Below are positions 29,353 through 38,310 of a DNA stretch of 64,000 nucleotides, piece after piece. Under the pieces are notes generated by a model. That model was not told where the DNA came from and did no database searches. It saw only the letters and a list, made by a program, of their open reading frames with translations. Source of the DNA: Chloroflexota bacterium (GTDB lineage: Bacteria; Chloroflexota; UBA11872; VXOZ01). A program made the translations under genes and the position numbers. Where the stretch lies: the NCBI GenBank assembly GCA_963662335.2, contig CAXXVD010000005.1, positions 288,001 through 352,000 of the forward strand, given 5' to 3'. Each line of letters starts with the position of its first letter. Positions within the stretch are counted from its first letter, which is position 1.

Positions 29353-31029
29353 ATGCTCGAGCATGACGTACTCGTAGTTGGCGCCGGCCTGGCCGGTATG
29401 CAGGCCGCCTTGCACGCGGCGCGGCAGGGCGTCAGCGTCGCCATCCTCACCAAGGTGCACCCGGTGCGCAGCCACTCCAACGCGGCGCAGGGCGGCATCA
29501 ACGCCGCCATGGAAGACGACGACCCCTGGGAAGACCACGCCTACGATACGGTGAAGGGCAGCGACTACCTGGGCGACCAGGACGCCATCGAGGTGCTGTG
29601 CAGCGAAGCGCCAGAGACCATCATCGACCTCGAGCACATGGGCCTCATCTTCAACCGGGGTTCGCGCGGCCAGATCGACCTGCGCGCCTTTGGCGGCCAG
29701 GCGCGCAAACGCACCTGCTACGTGGCCGACATTACCGGCCAGGTGATGCTCCACGTCATCTACGAGCAACTGATGAAGGCCGGTACGCACGTCTACGAAG
29801 AGTGGTTCGTGACCTCACTCGTGCGCCAGAATGACGCGGTCTGCGGCGTGGTGGCCCTGGACCTGCGCACCGGCGCGCTGGAACTCATACGGGCGAAAGC
29901 CGTTATCCTCTGCACCGGCGGCGCGGGGCGGGTCTACGAGCCCAGCAGCAACGCCCTCATCTGCACCGGCGACGGCTACGCCCAGGCCTACCGGGTCGGC
30001 GCGCCGCTCATGGACATGGAGATGGTGCAGTACCATCCCACCACCCTGCCGGGCAACGGCGCGCTCATGACCGAAGGCGCGCGTGGCGAAGGGGCGTACC
30101 TCATCAACGCCGACGGCGAGCGCTTCATGGAGCGCTACGCCCCGAACATGATGGAACTCGCCTCCCGCGACGTGGTCTCACGCGCCGAGCAGACCGAGAT
30201 CAACGAGGGCCGGGACATCGACGGCTGCGTGCTTCTTGACGTCCGCCATCTCGACCGCAACACGATCTTGCAGAAACTCAGCCAGATCCGCGAACTGGGC
30301 CTGGAGTACGAGGGCGTGGACATCATCGAAGAGCCGTGTCCCGTGCGGCCCGGCATGCACTACATGATGGGCGGCATCAAGACGGACATCCAGGGGGCCA
30401 CCTTCGTCAAGGGCCTCTATTCCGCCGGCGAAGCGGCCTGCGTCTCGGTGCACGGCGGCAACCGCCTGGGCGCGAACTCGCTGCTGGATACGTTGGTCTT
30501 TGGCAAGCGCGCCGGCGAGTCCGCGGTGCTCTACGCCGACGGCATCCCGTTCGCGGACGTGCCGGACTCGCGCCTGCAGGAAGACCGGGAACACATCGAG
30601 CGCATCCTGGCCCGCAACGGCGACGACGGCGAGCGCGCCGCCACCCTGCGCCTGGCCATGGGACAGACCATGCACGAGCACGTCGGCGTCTTCCGCGACC
30701 AAAAGGGGCTGGAGCAGGCCCAGGCCACCATCGCAAGCCTGAAGGAACGCTATGCCAACGTGCGCGTTGACGACACGGGCAAGGTCTTCAATACCGACCT
30801 GCTCTTTGCCCTGGAGGTCGGCCTGATGCTCGACGTGGCCGAGGCGATCGTGTCCAGCGCGCTCTTCCGCACCGAGAGCCGGGGCGCGCACTACCGCACC
30901 GATTTTGCCGACCGCAACGACGACGAATGGCTGAAGCATACGTTGGTCTTCCACGCCGAAACGGGCCCGCGCCTGGAGACCCTGCCGGTCACGATTACCC
31001 AGTGGCAACCCGCGCAAAGGACGTATTAG
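29353..31029 (+). CDS. sdhA: Succinate dehydrogenase/fumarate reductase flavoprotein
   Basis: GAGLAG, RSHSNAAQGG (covalent FAD His), QYHPT, TEGARGEG, HYMMGG, HGGNRLGANSL. Confidence 0.96.
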   Translation: MLEHDVLVVGAGLAGMQAALHAARQGVSVAILTKVHPVRSHSNAAQGGINAAMEDDDPWEDHAYDTVKGSDYLGDQDAIEVLCSEAPETIIDLEHMGLIFNRGSRGQIDLRAFGGQARKRTCYVADITGQVMLHVIYEQLMKAGTHVYEEWFVTSLVRQNDAVCGVVALDLRTGALELIRAKAVILCTGGAGRVYEPSSNALICTGDGYAQAYRVGAPLMDMEMVQYHPTTLPGNGALMTEGARGEGAYLINADGERFMERYAPNMMELASRDVVSRAEQTEINEGRDIDGCVLLDVRHLDRNTILQKLSQIRELGLEYEGVDIIEEPCPVRPGMHYMMGGIKTDIQGATFVKGLYSAGEAACVSVHGGNRLGANSLLDTLVFGKRAGESAVLYADGIPFADVPDSRLQEDREHIERILARNGDDGERAATLRLAMGQTMHEHVGVFRDQKGLEQAQATIASLKERYANVRVDDTGKVFNTDLLFALEVGLMLDVAEAIVSSALFRTESRGAHYRTDFADRNDDEWLKHTLVFHAETGPRLETLPVTITQWQPAQRTY

Positions 31030-32019
31030 ATGCAATTCACGCTCAACGTCCGCCGCTACGACCCGGAGGCGGAAAATCCCGCGCCCTACTGGCGCGAATA
31101 CGAGGTGGACGTGCCCGAGAACGCCTCGGTGTTGGACTGCCTCATCCACATTCGCGAGTACGTGGACGGCACGCTGGCGGTGCGGTGCTCCTGCCGCTCC
31201 GCCATCTGCGGCTCGTGCATGATGCGCGTCAACGGCCAGGCGCGCTTGGCCTGCGCCACCAAAGCCAAAGACATGCAGGCGGACGGCGCGGCGATCACCG
31301 TAGAACCGGGCGGCAACATGCCGGTGCTCAAAGACCTCATCGTGGACATGGATGTCTTCTGGAACAAGATTCGCCAGGTGAAACCCTGGCTGGAGCCGGT
31401 GCAGCCCGTGCCCGAACGCGAGTACCTAGTGCCCAACGAGACCATTCTCGACCTCACCGTGGCCATGAATTGCGTTATGTGCGGCGCGTGCGTGTCCGAC
31501 TGCACCTCATTGGAGGTGGACAAGAACTTCATCGGCCCGGCGGCGCTGGCCAAGGCCTACCGCTTCGTGGACGACCCCCGCGACGACACGCGGCAGGAAC
31601 GGCTGGAAGAACTGAGCGAGTACGGCGGCGTCTACGACTGCACCCATTGCTTCTTCTGCGTCGAGGTCTGCCCGAAAGACGTGGCGCCGCTGGACCGCAT
31701 CGTGGAGATTCGCGAGCGCGCCCAGAACGCCGGCGTCACCAACAACGCCGGCACCCGCCACGCCAAGGCCTTCGAGGGCATCATCCGCGACAGCGGCATC
31801 CTGGACGAGCCGATGGTCTTGCTGAAGTCAATCGGCATGAATCCGGTCGAACAGCTCAAGAACGTGCCCGGCGGCGTGCGCCTCTTGCGCGCCGGCAAGT
31901 TGCCGCTGGCATCCGGCCCGTTCCACCACAAGATTCCCGGCCACGACAACGTCAAGCGCCTCTTCGAGCGGGTGGAAGCGGTGGAAGAAGCGCAGCCGGC
32001 GCAAGGAGTGAAGTCCTAA
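31030..32019 (+). CDS. sdhB: Succinate dehydrogenase iron-sulfur subunit (type E-like)
   Basis: SCRSAICGSC...LAC [2Fe-2S]; CVMCGACVSDC and CTHCFFCVEVCP. Confidence 0.95.
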   Translation: MQFTLNVRRYDPEAENPAPYWREYEVDVPENASVLDCLIHIREYVDGTLAVRCSCRSAICGSCMMRVNGQARLACATKAKDMQADGAAITVEPGGNMPVLKDLIVDMDVFWNKIRQVKPWLEPVQPVPEREYLVPNETILDLTVAMNCVMCGACVSDCTSLEVDKNFIGPAALAKAYRFVDDPRDDTRQERLEELSEYGGVYDCTHCFFCVEVCPKDVAPLDRIVEIRERAQNAGVTNNAGTRHAKAFEGIIRDSGILDEPMVLLKSIGMNPVEQLKNVPGGVRLLRAGKLPLASGPFHHKIPGHDNVKRLFERVEAVEEAQPAQGVKS

Positions 32020-32021
32020 CC

Positions 32022-32912
32022 GTGAAGTACGCCTTCTTTCCCGGTTGCGTCTCGCGGGGCGCGTGTCCCGAACTGATGCAGTCGCTCACCGCAGTGGCGG
32101 AGCACATCGGTATGGAACTCGAGCTCATGGAGACCGCCTCCTGCACCGGGGCCGGCGTCATCAGCGAGCGCAACCAGAAGCTGGCCGACGCCCTGAACGC
32201 CCGCAACTTCGCCCTGGCGGAACAGACCGGCCTGCCGCTCATGAACATCTGCAGCACCTGCCAGGGCGTGATGAGCGGCGTCAACGAGCGGCTCAAGGCG
32301 CGCCCGGAGTATCTGGCGGAGATCAACGAGGTGCTCGCGGAAGAGGGTTTGTCGTACTCCGGCAAGGCCGACCCGCGCAACTTCATGTGGGTGCTGGTGG
32401 AGGACTTCGGCCTGGATAACCTGCGGTCGCTGGTCAAGCGCCCGCTATCCGAACTCAACGTCGCGCCCTTCTACGGCTGCTACATTTCGCGCCCCACCGA
32501 CGTGCTGGGCTACCACGACTTTCCCCAACGCGGCGTGTACCTGGAGATGATCATCGAGGCCTGCGGCGCGACGCCGGTGGACTACTCCGGCAAGAAGAAG
32601 TGCTGCGGCTTTCCCATCATCACCATGAACCGCGCGAACTCGCTCACGATGGCGGGCAACCACGTCGGGGAAGCCGCGGACAAAGGCGCCGATTTCATGG
32701 TCACGCCCTGCCCACTCTGCCACCTGAATCTGGACGCGCAACAGCCCGACGCCGCCAGAGTCGTGCAGACGCCCCTCAACCTGCCCATTCTCCACCTCTC
32801 CCAACTCATCGGCATGGCGTTGGGCATCGACGACGCGGCCCTGGGCCTCAACCGCCACGTGGTCTCCACCAATCCGGTGCGCGAGCGCGTCCACGCGCTG
32901 CCGCTGGCCTAG
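32022..32912 (+). CDS. CCG-domain (HdrB-like) membrane-anchor subunit of type E succinate:quinone reductase
   Basis: FFPGC, SCTGAG, CSTC, FYGC, CCGF, PCPLCH; GTG start 2 nt after the sdhB stop. Confidence 0.88.
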   Translation: MKYAFFPGCVSRGACPELMQSLTAVAEHIGMELELMETASCTGAGVISERNQKLADALNARNFALAEQTGLPLMNICSTCQGVMSGVNERLKARPEYLAEINEVLAEEGLSYSGKADPRNFMWVLVEDFGLDNLRSLVKRPLSELNVAPFYGCYISRPTDVLGYHDFPQRGVYLEMIIEACGATPVDYSGKKKCCGFPIITMNRANSLTMAGNHVGEAADKGADFMVTPCPLCHLNLDAQQPDAARVVQTPLNLPILHLSQLIGMALGIDDAALGLNRHVVSTNPVRERVHALPLA

Positions 32913-33031
32913 CCTGCGGGGAAACGATACGTGCAACTACACTTGCTAGACGCGACTCTTCGGCAGGTCGCTCGCGGATCGGCCTCTCACCGCTCCCAGG
33001 GAGAGACGTCACGGGCTGAGTCCCACACCCC

Positions 33032-33213
33032 CTGGGGAGAGGGTGACAGGGGCATCTAAGTGTCATTCCGAGCGCAGCGAGGAATCTAGAGATGCCGACT
33101 TTGCGTTGCAGTGCCCTAGATTCCTCACTCCGCTGCGCTCCGTTCGGAATGACATGTGAAGTCGATCATAGAATACATACCCCTGTCAGTTGGGGAGAGG
33201 ACCGGCGTGAGGG
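33032..33213. mobile_element. Nested MITE-like element (33043-33189) carrying a family A REP doublet, inserted into a family D REP with an ~11-bp target duplication
   Basis: (C/T)TGGGGAGAGG at 33032-33042 and 33190-33200 flank inverted ends GTGACAGGGGCAT / CATACCCCTGTCAG; family A doublet at 33061-33154. Confidence 0.7.
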
Positions 33214-33250
33214 GGAACGCAGCTAGCAACAAACCGGAGGATTCTACCGT

Positions 33251-34177
33251 ATGCGCAAGAAGGTAACCATCGTCGGCGCGGGCCAAGTGGGCGGCTCCTG
33301 CGCCCGGCGTCTGGCGGAGCGCGATTACGCGGACATCGTGCTCATCGACATCATTGAGGGGCTGCCGCAGGGCAAGGCGCTCGACATCCAGCAGGCCGCG
33401 CCCATCGTCGGCTACGACTCCGCAATCATCGGCACCAACGACTACGCCGACACGGCCGGGTCCGATCTCGTCGTCATCACCAGCGGCAGCCCGCGCAAGC
33501 CCGGCATGAGCCGCGACGACCTGCTGGCCGTCAACCAGAAGGTCATCACCGCCGTCACCGGCGAAATCGTCGCGCATTCGCCCAATTGCATCATCATGGT
33601 CGTCACCAATCCGGTCGACGCCATGACCCACCTGGCGTGGCAGGTGAGCGGCTTTCCCACAAATCGCGTCGTTGGACAGGGCGGCGTGCTCGATTCCGCG
33701 CGCTACCGCACATTCCTGGCCCAGGAACTCGGCGTCTCCATGCGCGACGTGACCGGCTACGTGCTCGGCGGCCACGGCGACCAGATGGTGCCGCTGCCGC
33801 GCTACACCAGCGTTTCCGGTAAACCGATTACCGATTTCATAGAGCCCGAGCGGTTGGCAGAGATTGTCCAGCGCACCCGCGACGGCGGGGCCGAAATCGT
33901 CAATCTGCTCAAGCTCGGCAGCGCCTACGAAGCCCCCGGCGCCGCGCTGGTCGAGATGTGCGACGCCATTCTGCTCGACCAGAAGCGCGTCTTGCCGTGC
34001 GCGGCCTACCTGGAGGGCGAGTACGGCATCAGCGGCGTCTACGTCGGCGTCCTGGCGCAACTCGGAGCCGGCGGTGTGGAAGAGATCGTCGAACTCGACC
34101 TTACGGACGCAGAGAGCGCCATGCTCAACCATTCGGCGGACGCCGTGCGCGAGTTGGTGGACGTGATGGGCATCTAG
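33251..34177 (+). CDS. mdh: Malate dehydrogenase (LDH-like)
   Basis: GAGQVG, PQGKALD, PRKPGMSRDDL, VTNPVD, LDSAR, LGGHGD. Confidence 0.96.
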   Translation: MRKKVTIVGAGQVGGSCARRLAERDYADIVLIDIIEGLPQGKALDIQQAAPIVGYDSAIIGTNDYADTAGSDLVVITSGSPRKPGMSRDDLLAVNQKVITAVTGEIVAHSPNCIIMVVTNPVDAMTHLAWQVSGFPTNRVVGQGGVLDSARYRTFLAQELGVSMRDVTGYVLGGHGDQMVPLPRYTSVSGKPITDFIEPERLAEIVQRTRDGGAEIVNLLKLGSAYEAPGAALVEMCDAILLDQKRVLPCAAYLEGEYGISGVYVGVLAQLGAGGVEEIVELDLTDAESAMLNHSADAVRELVDVMGI

Positions 34178-34242
34178 AGTGGGCGCGCGTTTCGCAGACC
34201 GTACATTTGCCGAGCATTGACCCAAGCCTAGGAGGAAAGAAC

Positions 34243-35112
34243 GTGAACGTGGCGAGCACACAACCGCAAGTTGGACAGACGGCGCCGGACTTCACCCTGC
34301 CGGACGTCTACGGCACGCGCCGGTCGTGGCGCGAGTTTCGCGGCAAGCGCGCGCTTTTGTACATGTGGGCGTCGTGGTGACGCTGCCGGGACCAGTTGCC
34401 AGGTTGGCAACAATTCGCCGAGAAGCACGCGCATGACAACTTCCAGATGCTCTCCGTGGCCATGGACGGCGGCGGCGTGGAGAAGCCGCGCGCGTTCGTA
34501 GAGGAGTTCGGCGTGACCTTTCCGACCCTCGTGGACGCCAGCGGTCTCCTCTCCCGCCTCTACGGCTTCCACGCGGTGCCCAATGGCGTCTACGTGGATG
34601 AAGCGGGCGTCATCCGCTTCAAACTCTTCACCGGCTTTAGCATCGAGCGCACCGACGCGGTGGCGCAACTTGAATCGCTGCTCGCAACGCCGCTTGGGAA
34701 CGCGCCGGCCGCGCCGGCTGTGGCGCAACAGCCGTTTGAGATTGAGGTGATGCTGGAACAAGCCGCGGCGAACGGCGATGACCCCGCCCTCCAGCTTGGC
34801 CTGGCTGAGGCCTACCTCCAGGAGGGCGACAACGCGCGCGCGGCAGAGGCCTTCGCCCGGTCGCTGGAACTCGATAGCGCTTCCGCCAACGCCGCCTTTG
34901 GCCTCGGCGCCGCGCTGCACCGGCTGGGCCGGACGGCCGCGGCCCTGGACGCCTGGGGACGCGCCCTGCGCCTGGAGCCGGACAACTTCGTCATTCGCAA
35001 GCAAATCTGGCGCATGAAGTACCCGGAGAGGTTCTATCCCGTAATCGACTACGACTGGCAGCAGGCGCAGCTTGCCCAGGAGAAGGCCGCGGAAGCGCAA
35101 GCGACCGTATAG
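34243..35112 (+). CDS. Selenoprotein: TlpA/peroxiredoxin-like thioredoxin fold (WASW-U-R-C) plus C-terminal TPR repeats, 289 aa
   Basis: GGAGG RBS and GTG 34243; APDFTLPD...ALLYMWASW, then in-frame TGA (34378-34380), then RCRDQLPGWQ continuing in frame to TAG 35112; SECIS-like hairpin 14 nt downstream. Confidence 0.85.
34378..34411 (+). promoter_or_regulatory. UGA(Sec) codon plus bacterial SECIS-like hairpin
   Basis: GTTGCCA-GGT-TGGCAAC perfect 7-bp stem at 34395-34411 with a G-first apical loop; resembles the E. coli fdhF SECIS in position and loop. Confidence 0.75.
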
Positions 35113-35137
35113 CAAGCGGCGTGCACCGGGAGTTTCA

Positions 35138-35346
35138 CCCTCACCCTAGCCTTCTCCCTCAGGAGACCATTGCATAACTCAAGACGACAAACGAAATTAC
35201 TCCCTCTCCCTGGGGAGAGGCTGACAGGGGTATGCAAATGTCATTCCGAGCGCAGCGTCGAACCCTGTTCGCGGAATCTAAAGATGCTGACTCTGCAAGG
35301 CTGTGCGCCAGATTCCTCACTCCGCTACGCTCCGTTCGGAATGACA
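35138..35346. repeat. Composite repeat: family D REPs + CTGACAGGGGTATG end + family A doublet
   Basis: CCCTCACCCTAGCCTTCTCCC at 35138; CCCTCTCCCTGGGGAGAGG at 35202-35220 joined directly to CTGACAGGGGTATG; family A at 35239-35346. Confidence 0.75.
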
Positions 35347-35460
35347 GGTAAGGTCTCCTCAAGAGAGAGGGGATGATCTCGGTTGCGCGTTGGGCAACGC
35401 GCCGGCTCTTGGGTGACTCTTGACTGCGTGGATGACTCTGAATGCGGCGAGGCATAGCGC

Positions 35461-36654
35461 ATGGCTTGGGGTATCTTGGATAGATTCATGCGGCCCAAGT
35501 GGCTGTTGGACCGCGTGCTGCTTGTGGCCGAGGACGTCGCCGAGACCAATGGGGAAGCGCTGCCGGCGCTCCTCATCGAGACGTTGCGGGAGCACTTCGG
35601 CGCGCAATACGTCTGCATTCACTTCGCGGAGCACGGCAGGCTGCGTCCCGAAACGCGGGCGGCGCTCGTCAGCGCCTGTCCCGCCGCGCATGACGCGCAG
35701 GCGATCAATGAGTCTACGGAATCCGCTGGCGCCGAGGGGCGCTTCTGGCGGCACGCCCTCGCATCGCGCGACGTCGTTGTCGCCTCAACCACGCCCGCCG
35801 CGATACAGGATGATCTCCGCCCGTTGTTCGCCGCCGCCGGCGTCCAAGACGGCATGGCCATTCCCCTGCTCTACCGGGGCGAAGCCTACGCCGTGGCGAA
35901 TCTCTACTTCAAGCGCACCGTGCCCGCCAAACTCGCCACCGCACAGAACGTCATTCGCAGCGTGCGGCTGCTGGGCAACCTCGTCTATGGCGCGTTAGAG
36001 CAAGAGCGCTACGCCATGGAGTTGCGCGGCAGCGAGGGCGTGGTTCTTGCGCTGGCGCAGGCGGCGGCCGCGCGCGACGGCTATGCCGATGGACACGTGG
36101 CTCACGTATGCGCGCTGGCAGAAGCGCTGGGCGCGGCGGCGGGATTGAGCCGCGTGGAACAAGAGGCGGTACGCGCCGGCGCGATGCTGCGGGACATTGG
36201 CAAACTGCACGTGCCGGAGTACATGCTGCGCAAGCCGGGGCCCCTCGACGCGGAAGAACGCGCGCGGGTCCGCAAGCACCCGGCTCTCGGGGCGCGTATG
36301 TTGCTGGAATCCGGCAACGACGGGTCGCCTACACCGGAAGTGCTGGCGCTGGCCGCCGGCGCCATTCGCGGACACCACGAGCGGCTGGACGGCTCCGGCT
36401 ACCCCGACGGGCTGGCGGGGGACGCCGTGCCGGTTCTCGCCCGCATTGTCGCGATTGTAGACGTGTACGCCGCGCTGACCGCCGACCGCCCGTACCGCGC
36501 CGCCTTGCCGGAAATGCGGGCCGCGCACATCCTACAAGACATGGCCGGGCCGGCGCTGGATCCGGCGCTGGTCGCGTTCTTTCTTTCGCGGTGCGTTCCC
36601 GCGGCTGTTGCGTCCGAGCCCGCCGCAGAGCCTGTGGCGAACGCCCTCGCCTAG
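35461..36654 (+). CDS. GAF + HD-GYP domain protein (degenerate HD motif)
   Basis: GAF-like GMAIPLLYRGEAYAVANL; LRDIGK...KPGPL...HHERLDGSGYPDGL...ARIVAIVD...RPYR. Confidence 0.85.
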   Translation: MAWGILDRFMRPKWLLDRVLLVAEDVAETNGEALPALLIETLREHFGAQYVCIHFAEHGRLRPETRAALVSACPAAHDAQAINESTESAGAEGRFWRHALASRDVVVASTTPAAIQDDLRPLFAAAGVQDGMAIPLLYRGEAYAVANLYFKRTVPAKLATAQNVIRSVRLLGNLVYGALEQERYAMELRGSEGVVLALAQAAAARDGYADGHVAHVCALAEALGAAAGLSRVEQEAVRAGAMLRDIGKLHVPEYMLRKPGPLDAEERARVRKHPALGARMLLESGNDGSPTPEVLALAAGAIRGHHERLDGSGYPDGLAGDAVPVLARIVAIVDVYAALTADRPYRAALPEMRAAHILQDMAGPALDPALVAFFLSRCVPAAVASEPAAEPVANALA

Positions 36655-36715
36655 CCTCACCCGTTGCAGGCCGCGCCAGCGCACGACCTCACTCCGCCAC
36701 TCGCGCCTGCGTCTT

Positions 36716-37942
36716 TCAGCCGTCCCCGGTTCCTGGCCGCGCGCGCCGGAAGGCGGCGCGGGTGAGGAACGGCATGACGATGGCGGCCGGCAGCAGGCTT
36801 AGCATGGCGATGCGAAAAGAGAAATTCTCCGCCACGACTCCTATGACGTAGGGCGGGAGCACGCCGCCGATTGCCGCGCCCAGCAGCAGCACAATCGCAA
36901 CCGTGCCCGGCCGGCGGGGAAACCGTTGCAAGGCGAGCGCCATCATGGTGGGGAACATGGGCGCGACGCACAGGCCAATCAGGAAGACGGCCGCATAAAC
37001 CACCCACGGCGCAGGCGCGAGTCCAACCGCGAGAACCATTGCCACGCTCAACATCAGAGGAATCTGCAGTATCTGCTCAGCCGAAAAGCGCCGGGCCAGC
37101 CACACGATCGCCAACCGGCCGAGGAAGATCGCTCCCCAAAAGAGCGACACCAGCACCGTGCTGCGGCCGTACGGTTCCTGAAACTCAACCGTCAGGTACG
37201 TCACGCCCCAGCCGATGAGCGAGACTTCAACCCATATGTAGAGCAGAAGCACCGCCGTAATCAGCACGATGAGGCTGTTGCGCGCCAGCGGCAGCACGTT
37301 GGCCCGGCTCAGCCGCTCGATGCTGGCCGCCTGCGGCAGTCGCACGCGCAGGGCCAAGGGCAAGCAGGCAAGGCCAAGCGCGCCAATGACCACCATCGGC
37401 AGACGCCAATTGAAGTCAAGTGAGAGGCCGATCAGCAGTGGGCTGAGCACGGCGCTCAGGCCGAAGAACATGTGCAAGTGGTTGAGGTCGGCGACGCGAT
37501 TGCCCGAACTGGCGTCGGAGACCGTCACGTTGGTAATTATGTCAATGCAGCCCAGTCCCGCGCCGGCAAAGAGCATGAACGCGGCCATTATCGCCCAGTG
37601 CGGCGCGAGGCCCCAGCCAAGGCAGCCCAAGGCCAGCATCAAACTGGCGCCTACCAGCGCCGGCCGCCGGCCGTAGCTATCGACCACGTAGCCCGCGACG
37701 ATGACGGCAAGCGCGAAGCCGGCCGTGGCCAGCGGAAAGACGATGCCCACGCTGGCAAGACTCAGCCCGAACTCGTTGCGCATGGCCGGCAAGGACGGGC
37801 CGATCAGGTTCCAGCCAAGCCCCATGAGAATGACGAGCGCGTAGTTCAAGAGCGTCAAAGGGCGGTAGCTGGGAACCTCCTGCTGGGCGATCTCCGCGGG
37901 TAGTGGTGGCGAGGCCGGCTTTAGCATTGATTCAGTACGCAA
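36716..37942 (-). CDS. MFS transporter
   Basis: About 12 hydrophobic segments; GYVVDSYGRR motif A. Confidence 0.9.
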   Translation of the reverse strand: MRTESMLKPASPPLPAEIAQQEVPSYRPLTLLNYALVILMGLGWNLIGPSLPAMRNEFGLSLASVGIVFPLATAGFALAVIVAGYVVDSYGRRPALVGASLMLALGCLGWGLAPHWAIMAAFMLFAGAGLGCIDIITNVTVSDASSGNRVADLNHLHMFFGLSAVLSPLLIGLSLDFNWRLPMVVIGALGLACLPLALRVRLPQAASIERLSRANVLPLARNSLIVLITAVLLLYIWVEVSLIGWGVTYLTVEFQEPYGRSTVLVSLFWGAIFLGRLAIVWLARRFSAEQILQIPLMLSVAMVLAVGLAPAPWVVYAAVFLIGLCVAPMFPTMMALALQRFPRRPGTVAIVLLLGAAIGGVLPPYVIGVVAENFSFRIAMLSLLPAAIVMPFLTRAAFRRARPGTGDG

Positions 37943-37982
37943 TTAGTGGAGTCAGCTTCGTAGTCATTTCATTTAGCATGCA

Positions 37983-38099
37983 TGTCATTCCGAGTAGCAT
38001 GCATGTCATTCCGAGCGCAGCGAGGAATCTAAAGGGCTCCCGATTCTAGATTCTTCGTCGCTGCGCTCCTCAGAATGACATGCGCTCCTCAGAATGACA
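37983..38099. repeat. Family A REP doublet with both ends tandemly duplicated
   Basis: TGTCATTCCGAG at 37983 and 38004; TGCGCTCCTCAGAATGACA twice (38062-38099). Confidence 0.85.
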
Positions 38100-38310
38100 G
38101 TTGAGAGTTGGCGCAGACCTAGTGTCTATCACGGGTCTGGCCGCCGGCAAGCTTGCAACTGCTAGTCGCTGATCGGCAACTCATTGCATGTCTGTCTTGG
38201 ATGAGACCGGGGCGCGTCGTGGCGTCGCCACTCGTCCGCAACCGAGGTCGCGAGAATTCAAATCTCTGCGGGCCAATACCTGCGGCGCGTGCGTGGGACT
38301 TACCCCGTTC

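Noticed and set aside
30927-32912. 661-aa ORF overlapping sdhB, suggesting a fusion or frameshift
   Set aside because: The N-terminal ~365 codons are an off-frame read of sdhA/sdhB; the real gene starts at GTG 32022. The same applies to the extended ORFs 5610-7256 and 24698-26224.
38198-38280. tRNA-like fragment: GAGA-ATTCAAA-TCTC could be a TCA anticodon loop (tRNA-Sec) or a T-loop, and CTCGTC..AACC.GAGGTCG..TTCAAAT resembles tRNA-fMet
   Set aside because: No acceptor stem, D-arm or proper GGTTCRANTCC T-arm can be built; at most a decayed remnant. tRNAscan-SE/Aragorn would settle it.
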